Under the pieces are notes generated by a model. It saw nothing but the letters and a program-made list of their open reading frames with translations. It searched no databases and was not told the origin of the DNA. Below, in pieces: positions 11,450-24,600 of a stretch of 64,000 nt of DNA (positions within the stretch are counted from its first letter, which is position 1; every line of letters starts with the position of its first letter). The position numbers and the translations under genes were made by a program. The DNA lies in NCBI RefSeq assembly GCF_000497125.1, contig NC_090601.1:682001-746000 (forward strand), given 5' to 3'. This DNA comes from Spironucleus salmonicida. Taxonomy: Eukaryota.

Positions 11450-13087
11450 TCAACTTTTACCTTTATACTTAACCTTTTCTGCTATAAAAATAACGGCTAT
11501 GAGGAACAAGAATCCGAATATTCCAAACAGAATAATCAGCAGCTGCTTCCAAAAGATCTTAGGCAAGGTGGCGCTCTCTATTTTGTACACAGGCAAAGCC
11601 TCACCGTCGATAACGAACAAAATATCCATTTTCTAATTGTTGAGTATATTCTAAATTAAGAGGGAGTCACCCTAGCTTATTACCTGGCAATACGGGTCCT
11701 ACGTAGCTTGGAGCTATTATTGCCACTAAATTTCATAAGTCCCTATATGCAGCAGAAATTGAGCGTCTCCAGATTTTTTCTCAGCCCAGGGTAACTTTGT
11801 TGTCACCATACAAACCTGCGTATCGAAAATAGTCAATGTAGTATTTCTGTAGGTCTCTTGCTTATCGCTTACCTTGAACTCCTGAGACAATGCTACCTTG
11901 TTGTCTTTGACATACTGTAAAATTAGACGTAGACTAGACCTCTGCCCGCGTAGCGCTATGGAGATATTACCGTTGTATTCGGTCGCATTTCTCGCGGTAT
12001 TGGCGCTCATAATCACGCTACCATCGCCCTCTGGGAGCACCACACCAGAGTTTTGGAGCAGAAAGTACTCGTCCGTTGACCCGTAAATCTCGAGATTCAC
12101 GCGATCGAACATTACCGTCTTGCACGCTTTTGGCATCGTATTTCGCACCAGGCTTACATTCAGATGGTCCTAGAACATCTTCACAGTCACATCAATGAAG
12201 CAGTCAACTTCAGTCAGGACCTCGTCGATGCCCGCAAACCCTTTGTAGTACGCGGCCGTTCCGATCGGCATGTCCATTTGCTTCGTAGTACCAATATTAC
12301 GCTCCACCGCTACGGCGAGCTAGAACTCCACAAAGCTCTCCTGATTGCTATTTATGACCTACATAAAATTTTCGCATTTCTGCAGATCCGAGACGAGAAC
12401 TTTATCGCATTCGACCTCGATCTGGCCCATTTAGAGCATGTTCAGCGTATAATACGCAGTCACACTTATCGCTTCGCCGTTAACCAACAGCTGAATCCAG
12501 GGACAGTCCTGCGGGATGCCGCGAACTGGTTCTTTGCACGTTTTGGATGCCATGAGAGTCTTCGTGCTGTCAGAGAACTGGAGAATGCAGAGCAACGGTA
12601 TGCCGGTAAAAACGAGCTTCTTGGGGCTGTACTACAGGGTGTAGTCTTAGAAGCAGGATGTGGCGTCGTTGGCCACGACCTGATAGATGCTGGGAGCAAA
12701 GGTCATCTGGATGTCATCGATGTGGAAGTCGAAGCTGATTTCGGCAATCGTGGCTAGGGAGGCGTCCTTACAGGCCTTTTATCTGTCGTTTTGACATGTT
12801 TTGCATTTTGTCTCGTCCATTGGCTGTTTGCAGGCCGTGCCGCACAAGGGAAGTGGGCACTCCAGGCGTACAGTTAGTGGCTCATTGGATGAAAATGTAA
12901 TTTAAGGGGATACGAATTTAACGCTTCCAAGCGTCACGATGGGAATAGCGAGTTTTCCTTCTAGGTACGTGCACAGTTCGCTTTTAGTATGCTATGGATT
13001 CCCGACGAAGAGTACAGATGCTGATATGTAGTTGTACTCCACTGACGCAAATTAGTCAAAACACGAAAAATGTAAAACTATCAGCAT
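11450..13087 (-). CDS. Type I membrane protein, 545 aa, unknown function
   Basis: Continuous with TAR=Gln; repeated (S/D)CF motifs, Cys cluster, C-terminal TM then KVKYKGKS; TGA-GTGA end. Confidence 0.8.
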
Positions 13088-14790
13088 TTTATGGTAATAA
13101 CTAATGAGCCTACAAGTAAAATATTATTGCATATCTGACAAATATGAAAAAATATGTGAATAAAACTATATAAGTATATATTATAATAGTATTAGTATCT
13201 TAAATTTTTATTGTAACAAATACATATTATAATTTATAATTTATAATAAGTAATTAATTATTTTGCACAAACTGATACTTATGTTTTTCCATAAATAAAA
13301 ATAATTCTAAAGGTTATTAATTAAGGTATTAGTAAAGTAAAAAATAAATTGATATAAAATGTTCAAATTAAATCCTAAATTGAGATAATATGTAGTAAAT
13401 TCTATTATTAAATGGAGTAAAAATTTAGTGTATATATAGTATAATAATTTTAAAATATAAATTAAACATCTAGGATAATTCAATTTTAGCGTTAAAAAAG
13501 TTATTTTATGCGTTCGGTGAAGATGGTTTCTTATAGCTGTAAGCTAAATCAAATGGTAAAGATATCATAATATCAATTCAACTTATCAAATACAATTCTA
13601 ATTTTTCCTGCATATTATAGCCAACTACACTTTTGATTTTTATATTCTGTTTACAGTATTTATTTTGCAAAGATGATAAAAACAGATAATACTAACTAGA
13701 TAATAAATTTAATAACCTCACTAAATAGAATCAGCATCCTCGGCAGTAAACTTAGAAATGATACTACTCAACCGCTGTTTGCTTTTTTCAAAATCTTATT
13801 TAACCTATATAGACCTCAGCCCAGAACTATTTTATTAGTCTATTTAAGCCGCATTCATTTACATAAATCTTTATGTTTCGAATTATGCAGATTATACATG
13901 CGCTGATAGTTTCAATATAAAAGAATTCTAGTGTTAAATATCTGGTTTTGGAAGTTCCATGACTAGATTAAGCTCAGCATTCACCCGATCTTACAGGGAA
14001 TTATTTGCACCCATTTTGTTGAAATAACAATCTATATATAATATACTAAAAACATTATTGGAAAAGATACTATGGGAATTTTTCTGAATATACTTAAATA
14101 TACATATATATATTTAAGTTTCATATGAAAATTATAAAACGTTAAGATTTTCTATAATAATAGCAATAATATATCGTAAATAAAATTATAGTAATTTTAC
14201 TAAAATGAAAAGTTAAAATTTTCTTTAATACAATTTAATAGATAAACTGTAATATGAAATGTGTAATTTAATACATCAGCTTAATTTATAATTTATAACA
14301 AATTAAAATAGATTAAGCAACAATAATATACTGAATCATAGAGTTATTTCGTAATATCATTTTTTTAATGGATATTGCAAAGCTTAGCATTATAACAAAT
14401 TCAAATTAATCTTGCTGTTTTCTAATATTTATTACTATCAAATATCTTCTTAACTCCTTATTGGTAATTTTATAATTTACCCCCAAATTACTTATTTTCA
14501 GTAATAAATTTATTAAACCATACTCTGATTATTATATAAATCTATTTCAAAATATTAAGTTTCTGGTTTTTTATTTTACATAATAAAAAAGGGATCCCCA
14601 TTTAGACTTTAATTACAACTTATAATAGTGCCCAGTTTTTTTCGTATAAGTTACTCTAACTCACCTATATAAAAATGATTTTATAATATTTAAATATTAT
14701 TTTTATACGATTTTAATAAGATTTAATACAAAATACAATATACAGAATTACAATATACTATCATATTTTATTACATATTATACTATATAA

Positions 14791-14807
14791 TACCCCTCCC
14801 TCCAAAA
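14791..14807 (+). promoter_or_regulatory. C-rich element directly upstream of ATG
   Basis: TACCCCTCCCTCCAAAA in an otherwise very AT-rich spacer; similar tracts at 16562-16574 and 42081-42090. Confidence 0.55.
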
Positions 14808-16349
14808 ATGCTACAACTCATTTTGACAGTTTACACCCCTTTAATCGAACTCTAAGACTGCTTTTCCGCATCAGAGGTATTCCTGCTACCGAAAACGAAA
14901 TAAATTCGAGTCGAATTATCACCCATTTTGATCAGCGCCGAGTGCTAAATTATCAAAAAGGGAGTCCAGTTTAATCTAACACTCAAAAAGACAAGTACTG
15001 ACGCGTTTGCACCTGTATTCACCCGCTCCAAAGACTTCGTTTTCGGTGAAACCAACACGTTCTTATTCGCCTCCAATGATGATCTCAGTAAGGTTACTTT
15101 GGTGGAGTTGAGTCTGAGCTCGATGACCCATATGACGAATGTGCTAATCGGGAGCGTGCAAATTGACACTTCGATTTCGAACGACTGTTTCAAGGATATT
15201 TTGCTTAATTTGACTGAAAAAGTCGTACTTACGATGACTGCGACTGGGTTCTGTGATCATTTAAGCACTGGAAAAATTTCTCAAATCACTGTACCGGATT
15301 TAGGGTTGTAGAAGTTGCCAGAAACAGGGAATAGTTCAGTGTTTTTAACTGGCTTTGCTGATTTTACGAAAACTCTGTAAATTGAATTTTAGGATAATTT
15401 ACTGTTTTCTAAAATAGAGCTTGGAATTAGTTCAGATATCGATTTTCAGATGTAGTTAAACATAGGTGAAATTGAGTATTTGGTAGTTGGATTTATAGAC
15501 CAGGCTGTAGGTAAGTTTAAGAGCGATTTTGCTGAAAATTTCACGGCACTTTCCGATTCAAATTCTATTACGCTATTTTACAATGTAAAAAAAGATGTTG
15601 AAAATGCAATTACCGCGCTTAAAATTAATACTTTTTCCTTACAACTAGGTATTAAGGTTAATGGAACTTGGTTGTATAGCATATTTAAGGCGTAGGAAGA
15701 AGATTTATTTTTAAACTAACTTCAGTTTGATTGTATGAAGTTATGTAATATAAATTTTGAAGATATGGAATTAATTTAACTAAATGTTGTAGGGATATAG
15801 GACGACAAGGTTAAGGTTTTTTTCAATAATACAATTAGCTCTTTCAGACAATCTTCATTTTAGTAGGGTAATATTAATTTTGTAGGAAGATTTATGTAGG
15901 TTACATTTAAGCAAAACGATGTAACTGATTAATCAACATTTACTACATCATTATATGTTAATGTGACCGTATCGATGTTAGTAGACGGATAACTTACTGA
16001 TTAATTTATCACAGAAGATACTCATATCAGTCCTGAAACAAGGTATGTAAATCTAGCTTGCTTTGAAAAAGAATGTTTAAATATTAGAGAATTTATGTCT
16101 AAGAAAATGCCTGAATCAATATAAATATAATTTTTTAGAAATTCTGAATAAACACCATTTGATGCTTTAACTATTCATTATAATACAGCCATTTAGGTGG
16201 ATTTTATTACTTTAGTTCTTATTGTGATAGGATCAGTTATAATTTGTGGAATATGGGCAATTGTTTAACTATATTTAGATTATAAGGGTAAAAAAGTAAT
16301 ACATAAAAGAAAAATTATTAAAAAACCTGATATGGACGACGTGATTTGA
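14808..16349 (+). CDS. Type I membrane protein, 513 aa, unknown function
   Basis: Continuous with TAR=Gln; DCF motifs, C-terminal TM (FITLVLIVIGSVIICGIWAIV) then DYKGKK; C-rich motif before ATG. Confidence 0.8.
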
Positions 16350-16574
16350 TGTGTAATGTTAAGGATAAATCTTATTATATTTGTCTATTAAAAATATTTT
16401 AAAAGTGTATGCATGAGCAAAAGCGTACACTTAAACTAAAACACAATATTTTTTAATTTTATAATATTACATATAATTTCAATCTTGCAGTTAAATATTT
16501 ACTATACAAAGTATACATTATATAATTATTTCTTATAATTAATATTATAAACTTTACTAAATCTCCCTTCCTCA

Positions 16575-17171
16575 ATGCCAATCCCACAACCAGGATCGCC
16601 CGCACCCGACTTCAAGGTACAGGTTCTCACTCCTGACATGACCTTCGCTACCCGCCAGCTCTCTGACTACAAGGGTAAATACTTAGTTGTTATGTTCTAT
16701 CCTATGGACTTCACCTTTGTCTGCCCTTCAGAGATCATCAAGTTCACTGAAGCTGCAGAATCGCTCAGAAAGCACAATTGCGAGATCATCGTAGGTTCCT
16801 GCGATTCCCACTTCTCCCACTACGCCTGGTGCCTCCAGGACCGTAACGAGGGTGGAATCGGTGTCTGCAAGTGCGACCTCTTCGCGGACAAGTCCTGCAC
16901 CATGGCAGAGGCATACGGTGTTCTCATCCCAGGGGCTGGGGTCCCTCTCAGAGGCAACTTTATCATTTCAGATAAAGGCATCATCCGCTCAGTTACTGTG
17001 AACGACCTCCCAGTTGGCAGATCCGTCGAAGAATGTGTCAGAGTGGTCAAGGCCTTCCAGCATGCCGACAAGACCGGCTGTGATATCCCTTGCGGCTGGA
17101 CTCCCGAGAACAACGAGACTATCACCCCCACTATCGCTGGAATGAAGGAGTACTTCAAGAAAAACTATTGA
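16575..17171 (+). CDS. PRX1: 2-Cys peroxiredoxin (Prx1/AhpC), 198 aa
   Basis: FYPMDFTFVCPSE peroxidatic motif, NDLPVGRSVEE, IPCGW resolving Cys; TGA-GTGA end. Confidence 0.95.
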   Translation: MPIPQPGSPAPDFKVQVLTPDMTFATRQLSDYKGKYLVVMFYPMDFTFVCPSEIIKFTEAAESLRKHNCEIIVGSCDSHFSHYAWCLQDRNEGGIGVCKCDLFADKSCTMAEAYGVLIPGAGVPLRGNFIISDKGIIRSVTVNDLPVGRSVEECVRVVKAFQHADKTGCDIPCGWTPENNETITPTIAGMKEYFKKNY

Positions 17172-17352
17172 GTGATATTCTTTCCGCTTCAAAATGCCGT
17201 ATCAAGTGAGACCACTATCACAGTAGCAGCTTGCCTATTTCGCAATGAACCGAACTCAGTAACAGCCGTGCGCATACGAAGAAGCGATCCAGGATATTTG
17301 CAGCCAGCCACTTCCATAGCAACCCGCCGACTTCATTCCACAAATTAGGAAA

Positions 17353-17673
17353 ATGCATCAGGTCCTGGCATCACAGCGGTACAAAATGCACCACACCCCT
17401 GCGATGATGGGCGCGGTGGTGGCTAGGACGGTCGAGATGCTGTGCCGCTACCAGCCCCACTTCACGGTCAGGGCGAACAGGATTGTGCCGTTCCGGGACG
17501 GAGAAGCGGGGTTTCAGCCGCTGCTGGACTGGGCCTTCCACGCACAGGGGCTGGTCGAGATGGTGCGCAGGATGCGGTACGACAGCAGGGGCCGTACGGT
17601 GCTGAAGCACGTCGACTGGTTCGAGCGCAGCGTGCGGCCGCTCGGGTTCGAGTTCCCCCGCTGCGGCGGCTGA
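17353..17673 (+). CDS. Hypothetical 106-aa protein
   Basis: ATG to TGA, GC3-rich codons, stop followed by GTGA (AGTGA). Confidence 0.5.
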   Translation: MHQVLASQRYKMHHTPAMMGAVVARTVEMLCRYQPHFTVRANRIVPFRDGEAGFQPLLDWAFHAQGLVEMVRRMRYDSRGRTVLKHVDWFERSVRPLGFEFPRCGG

Positions 17674-18938
17674 GTGAGGAGCAGAGTCACTGGCAACGGC
17701 GCGCGCATAAGCATTTCCACGTGTTCAAAACGCTTACTAGCAGCATTTGCATCAGCATAGCTCACTATCTTCCGCCATAGAAATGAAACTCAGGAGGCTC
17801 ATCTGCTCTAGCTATGAGTCTTCCTATAGAATAGAGCATCCGAATGTTTGATTCTTATTGAGTAGTTACAGCTTATCCGTGACATTAGGTGCAGGGTGGG
17901 TTGGTTACTGTGCGACCTAGACTATATGAGACCATCCGAGACCCATTTCTAATTTTTCATTTTTTCAATTATTACTAGTATCTTTCAATATATATACTTT
18001 TTAATATTTAAACTGTATCGAACCTGCACTTAAGTATACGACATAGTAGCAAATTAGCGAGCCAATGTGATGCATATTTTATAGCGAGATTAGTTTAAAT
18101 TTTAATTAATACCGTATTGCAACCTCGTATTAAACATATATGCACTGTTTTACTACATGTACTGTTGCTAGAAATTTACTATGGCGAACTCTTACGTTGG
18201 CCATCATGCACGTGAGTAGTTTGAAAATACCCACCTAAGAATACGAGTGCGGCTGCACAAGACTATTGCTTTGTTCCGGATCACAGATATTCCAGTATTA
18301 TGCTGTAATCCCATAGTAAGGGTATACGGCTAACAACTTTCCCAATTCCCGCTAGCACCCCAATAATGCCAAAGCAGTTTTCGGGGATTCCCGCTGTAAA
18401 CCTTTCAGCCCGTCTACGCACCGCTGCACTTCCGAGAGATAGCAATGGGTGCTGGCACCTGGAGGTCCTTGACCAGGGGTTTAAGTGAACGGGCAGCTGA
18501 CTAATGGAGCAAACAAGAGCGGTTGCATGCGCGCAGTAAGGTACTATTATCTCACCGCCTCGAGTCTGCAGGGGCCAGCTAGGCGCGCAGTCAAACACTG
18601 CAGCCCGGTAGCCCCATGGACGCTCGCCTAGCTCAGCATGCCCGTTATGGGCTGTGCTATTTTGTTGTTTCGCCCTAATAAAGCGCTGCTGACGACTTAT
18701 GCTATGAGGTCATCCCATAAGGCAGCCTTTCGCTGTCAGAGACCTCACTGGTAGCAGTTGGAACTGGGCAATGCGCAGTCGGGCCGTGCTAGGGCTGGGA
18801 GCCAGCGACTGGACAGCGAAAAGTATTTCTGGGCGTTGCAAAAGAATGAATATGCTTCTGGAATTGGGCTGCAGTTAGAATATCCCCAACTTCAGTACTC
18901 TCCCGCAGCATCTCCAGACTATCATCCCGCACCAACCA

Positions 18939-20765
18939 TGGTCTTCTAAAGGCAGATAGCAAAATACTGGATCGCAGGTTTGGCTCTCTCGTGCAGGACA
19001 GTTCCTGGGCAAGGGAGCTTCGCAGCTGTCCCGCCTGGATGCCGATATACGGTATTGCGTTGGGCTGGTTTACAGTAGCCTGCTGAAGGACTGCACGCGG
19101 CGTCCTCTTCGAGCCATGGGAGTGGGGAGGAAGCTCGGGGAGTACGGCCGCGCCCTATTACTAAAGATAGCCAGGTGTCATGCTGCCAGCCCGGCCAGTG
19201 CAAGTGCAAGTGTCCGCCCTCTCACGCATCGCCAAAACTCAGCTCTTCGTCGTCCTCCTCGGAGTCGGACGCGCGCGCGAAGTCGCTGGCGGCCGACGTG
19301 TTTTCGAGGGCGCTTCCGAAGAGCGCGGGGGGCATTGTGGAGTGGGCAGAAACTTCGGCTAGGGTGGACGAGGGCGAGGGCGCAGAGAAACTGCAGGACG
19401 AAGTGCGTATTGCGTGGCATGGGATGCTGCCCGGACAGCTAAACGCACGGCACGGTGTGGCGGCCACGAAAGTGCTTGACGCAGACTAAGCAATCGTTGT
19501 ATTTAATTCCGTAAAGTGGAAATGGTATATTACCTTGGCCGGACGGTCCACGCCGATTTGAAAAACTCAAAATCTATTTCCACCTAGGGCACTGGCAGGC
19601 CGGTCTGGCTAGAAAACAGTCACCTCACTCGCGCATCCAGCTCCGTGGCGAGCCAGCTGGCGGCACGATAGAATGGTACCCGCGCCAGCACAGAGGCTCG
19701 GCCGAGAGGAAGTGCCATGTCCAGCGCGCAGGCCACCCGGCTCACCCCAGGGAGCTGAAGCCCAGCCGCCCGTCGCGGCTCTTCGCCATCCCGCCGAAGT
19801 CCCGCTCCAGGTAGTCCGCCTCCTCGATGATCGCGATCCTGCCCAGCACGCTGCGGCCGCGCGTGAGGTTGCGCAGGAAGTTGAAGCTCATCTTCTCGCG
19901 CGAGAACTTGTACACCGGCGTGTAGTCCATCTGCTGGTCCAGGTTCTTGGTGAGGGTGTAGAGGATCGCCAGCTTGAGGTCCTGTATCTCGAACACCTTG
20001 TCCAGCAGCACCGAGGACACCAGCCGCGTGCGGTTCGCGTCCTTGGCGAGCACCTTCGTCATGTCCATCAGCGCGCCCAGCTCCTCCACCACCTGGGGCG
20101 CGATCTCGACTTTCTGCATCAGCGGTGAGCAGGGCGGCTCGCTCTTGGAAAAGCTCGCCTGGCTGCCGAAGCTCTGCCGCTCGCACTCGGCCTGCACCGG
20201 CCGCGATATGAGCGCCGCCAGCGAGGCCTGGTCCGTCTGGGCGGCGAGGGCGGCCGTTTCCACAGCGTCGGTCTGGACGCCGGCGGTGACCGTCTGGGGG
20301 CACAGCTTCAGCTGGCTGACGGCGGTCTCCAGCTGCTGGATCCGGAGGTTCTTGTCCAGGTCCGCCTGCTTGTAGATATCGAGCTCCTGCTGGGCGTCCA
20401 TTTGGAGCGGGGAAGAATGGCGATTGCGTCTCGGGTCGCAGTAGTGCGGGATAGAAGGGGAAGCATATCCGTCCAGTAATTGGCGTGGAAGCGTGCCGCA
20501 CGCCCTGCGCTCGCCAGACTCTTGCAGGGGTTCGCCCAGGCACCGCAGCAGCTCCAAGCTAGTTCAGCCGGCGACTATGAGAGCAAGGTGGAAATACAGC
20601 TGCCGAGATGGTATTGCTATTTTCATATTATATAGTATATTTGTGATAGTGCTGCTTCAGCATGGTGCGCCACGAGTACCTGGAGCGGTACTAGAGAGTC
20701 CGGCTACTGCCGTATTTCTGCAGCCAAGAATGATAATAGTCAGTCTGCTAGTAGCCTAAATACCA
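18939..20765. repeat. Direct repeat copy 2
   Basis: Near-identical to 1-1827; the GC-elevated sequence from ~18200 may also belong to the unit. Confidence 0.95.
19742..20401 (-). CDS. Hypothetical GC-rich protein, 219 aa, repeat copy 2
   Basis: Same protein as 804-1463; open even in the standard code. Confidence 0.7.
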   Translation of the reverse strand: MDAQQELDIYKQADLDKNLRIQQLETAVSQLKLCPQTVTAGVQTDAVETAALAAQTDQASLAALISRPVQAECERQSFGSQASFSKSEPPCSPLMQKVEIAPQVVEELGALMDMTKVLAKDANRTRLVSSVLLDKVFEIQDLKLAILYTLTKNLDQQMDYTPVYKFSREKMSFNFLRNLTRGRSVLGRIAIIEEADYLERDFGGMAKSRDGRLGFSSLG

Positions 20766-21044
20766 ACTCTTAGATGTTTTTTTAGCCAAGTAAATCCACA
20801 CTTCCAAGATTATCTAGCATGTTTTATAACATGCATACTCCTACCATTAACTAAGGTCTCATTCCATCTTGGCGTAGTAAATTTTGATTTATTAATTTTT
20901 GGAAGTGACTTTGGATAGTTTAGTTAAGCTAATTGATGATCAGATAAAGGTTACTTTTTTTTATAAAAGAAGTGGTTAATTGGCTCGATCATCCATAACA
21001 TTTAAAATTATTTTATGTAGCGGTAAAGTATAGATTTCCCCCAT
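20740..21044 (-). pseudogene. Frameshifted paralog of the 1802-2110 gene
   Basis: Fragments PKSLPKINKSKFTTPRW and ELVFRLLAD-TGA match PLPPISLNSMKSVTPRY and KLVFRLPAD-TGA but lie in different frames. Confidence 0.5.
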
Positions 21045-21625
21045 TTCATATTACAACTGGTGAAAAAATTTGTTTATCTTATAATTAATTATAGTGTAGT
21101 CTTTACTTTTATGCATTCTTAATATGAAGTAAAGTATAGGTATGCTGTAAATTAAATGTATAATTGAATACATATGTAATATATTAACAATCAAATTTGT
21201 AATAAAGGTAATGTGAATCTTTATAATAATCTATATACTACAACAGAGGAATTATATAACTAATATTGATTGAGTTTTTACCAATTGTGAATAGTACATT
21301 TAATAATAAACTATTTATAAGTTTATAACCAGTATCATTACTTAGTCAATAATTTTATCGCAATGTAACGTTCATAAATTATACATCACTATTATATTTT
21401 ATATTTAGTAATTTTGTATACTTTATGATTTTCGTGTAACAAACCATAAAATGACTTACATTATTTACCCCATTATTTGTGATTGATAAAAATCACAATT
21501 AGTATTACTAATAAATATTTAAATATAAATAAAAGTAGACTCTTAGCTAAATATATTTTTGAAACAATATAAATAATTATTTTATATAAATTAAACTTAC
21601 TATTTAAATCTTCCGTCTTTTAAAA

Positions 21626-24600
21626 ATGAACAAGGCAATCATTATTGGATGCGGTTGTGTGGGAGCTTTTACGGCATTGGAGATGTCAAAATCTAATCTG
21701 AGTACTATGTTAATAGAGGCTGCCCCTGAGCCTGCTTTTGGTACAACAAATGCTAATTCAGGTATTGTCCACTCTTCTCATAATACTTAACCTAATACGC
21801 TAAAATTCACACTAGTAGATTCTGGAAATAGAGAAATTAAGAGACTGTCTACTATCTTAAACTATGGTTATAAATAATGTGGTGAGATAGTTGTCATTCA
21901 ATGCCAAGAGTAGATGCCAAAACTTGAAGAAATGATTGACTTGGCCAAAGCTTAAAATCTCAATATTGAATTATTAAATAAAGAAAAATTATAAGCGCTT
22001 GAACCAAATGTTGTTGGATTTGCTGGCCTACTTGTTAAAGATGCAGGGGTCGTTAACCCATACGAAATGACTTAGGCAGTTTGGAATACGGCGGCCGCTA
22101 ACGGTGTGGTAGGTAAATTCAATGAAAAAGTTACTAGCATAGAGAAAATTGGCGAGCTTTGGTAAGTGAAGACTAATAAAGGATGCTATGAATCAGAGTT
22201 CGTGGTCAACTGTGCCGGTTTATTTGCCGAAGAAATCTCCAAAATGGCATTAAAAGATGCAAACCGAGTTAAAATAATGCCAAGAAAAGGCGAAGAATAT
22301 CTTCTTGACAAGGACTGTAAAGACTTAGTACACAGTATCATTTTCCCCCTCCCCAGTGGAAACTCTAAAGGAACCTTGGTTATTCCTACCGTTGATGGAA
22401 CTATTATGGTAGGCCCTACTGCGCAGTAGACTGAAGATAAAAGCGACAGGTCCACTACCGCAGAAGGCAGAGAAAAGGTATTCGCGGAGGCCAGAAAACT
22501 GGTCCCAAGCTTGAACGAAGCAACTGCTATAGCTTATTTCACTGGAATCAGAGCCAGCGACGAATCCGGAGATTTCATAGTGGAGAAAATCAACAATTTC
22601 ATCAACCTCGCAGGAATCCAGTCCCCAGGCCTGACGGCGAGCCCGATTTTAGGCAAAATGGGCGCAGATTTCATCACCAAAAATCGCACGCGAGAAATAG
22701 CATACGTACCGTTACATACTAAGTTTATCAACGGCGACAAGGAAGCACTGATTCGCGAGGATGGAAACCACTCCAAAATCGTATGCGGCTGCGAAATGGT
22801 GTCGCTAGCGGACGTGCACAACGCGATTACAGACGGAGCGCGGACGCTCGACGGCATCAAAACACGCTCCCGGGCGGGCATGGGCCGCTGCCAGGGCGGT
22901 TTTTGCACGGAGACCGTCGCAGCCATTTTGGCCGCGCGGCTTGGCGCCCCCAAAAGCGCTATTTGCAAGAATGTGCACGGCAGCAATCTGATCAGCAGCG
23001 AAGTTGATGGCATACCATGCGTGCAGGAGCTTGAGGACGCGCTGCCGTACCACGCGGTCCAACTGGCCGATTTGAAGGTGCTGGTGAAGTCGAAATCGCG
23101 CGATGCGGTGATCGCCCAAATCGAGGCGAATCACTGCTTCGACGTGGTCGTCCTGGGGGCCGGGCCAGCCGGGCTTGCAGCAGCGTCTTCGGCCGCCGCA
23201 CTTGGCAAATCGGTCCTGGTGCTCGAAAAGGGCGCCCGCGCGGGGGGCATTCTGGTGCAGTGCATCCACGGCGGCTTCGGGCTCCGCAAGTACAAGCAGG
23301 AGCTTACGGGCCCCGAATACGCGGAGCTGCTCGAATCGGACTGTCTTCAGTCGAACGCGAGCATTCTGATGCATTCGTTCGTGTTTCAGTGCGCGGAAAC
23401 GGGCGGCGGGTACACAATTTCGACCGTCACGAGGGGCCTCGGCGTGCGGCACTTCTCGGCGAAGGCGCTGATTTCGTGCATGGGCTGCCGCGAGAGATCC
23501 CGTGCGGGGGTGCGCATTCCGGGCACTCGGCCCGCGGGCGTCTACTCGGCTGGGCTGGCGCAGCAGATGATCAACATGGACGGGCAGCTGCCTGGGAAGA
23601 ACGTGGTGATCCTGGGCTCTGGCGATATCGGGCTGATTATGGCCCGCAGGTGCACCTTGGAGGGCGCGCGCGTTTTGGGCGTCTACGAGCTCTTGCCGCG
23701 CTGCTCTGGCCTTTAGCGAAATGTCGAATAGTGCTTAACCGATTTCGGAATTCCGCTCCATCTGTCTACCACGGTTGTAAATATAATTGGAGAACCTCGG
23801 ATCACCGCGGTGGACCTTGCTCCGGTGGATCCTGTAACTTTGCAGCCAGATCTCACGAAAACTACAAGGCTCGAATGCGACTGTTTGTTACTCTCGGTTG
23901 GCCTTATTCCGCAGGCTAAAGTTGCCGTTACTTTGGGTGGAAAGGTGAATCCAAAAACCAGGCTTATAGAGGTTGATTCGTTCAAACGTGTTAGCGGGCG
24001 CTTCTTTACAGCCGGAAATTGCCTTTAGGTTCATGATTTGGCGGATGATGCCGCCGAAGAGGGGCATGATGCTGGAAGAGCTGCCGCTCTTCTTTTGGAG
24101 ACATCTGTAGCCCCTGGTACGCTGGTTGTACAAACTGATGAAAACGTATTGTTCTCTGTGCCGCAATTCCTTATCAAAGAGCTCGATTCATAGTCAATAA
24201 GCATCCGCGTCAATAAGATTCTTGGGAGATGCAAAGTTGTGGCGAGATGCGGATAAGAAATTGTGGGGGAGACGGAGGTTGCTCACGCCGTTCCAGCGGA
24301 GATGGTTCACGTTCGTATAAAGAAAGTTGACAGTAATGTATCTATCGCAATTGAAAAGTTAGAAGAAGTGGAGGTTGATAAATCTCAAAGATAGATCACG
24401 TGTATTGTATGTCCTAATGGGTGCAATATGCTTGTAAAACTCGGGAATGCCAATGATATCGAAGAGATTACAGGCAATTAATGCAAATCCGGCATTAGCT
24501 ACGCTAGATAAGAAATTGTTGAGCCGTTTAGAACATTTTCTACATCTATTGCAATAGAGAATGGCGAGACGACTAGACTTCCTGTAAAGCTTTCCAAGCC

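Noticed and set aside
12164-12757. 197-aa plus-strand track ORF
   Set aside because: Antisense shadow of the 11450-13087 membrane protein gene.
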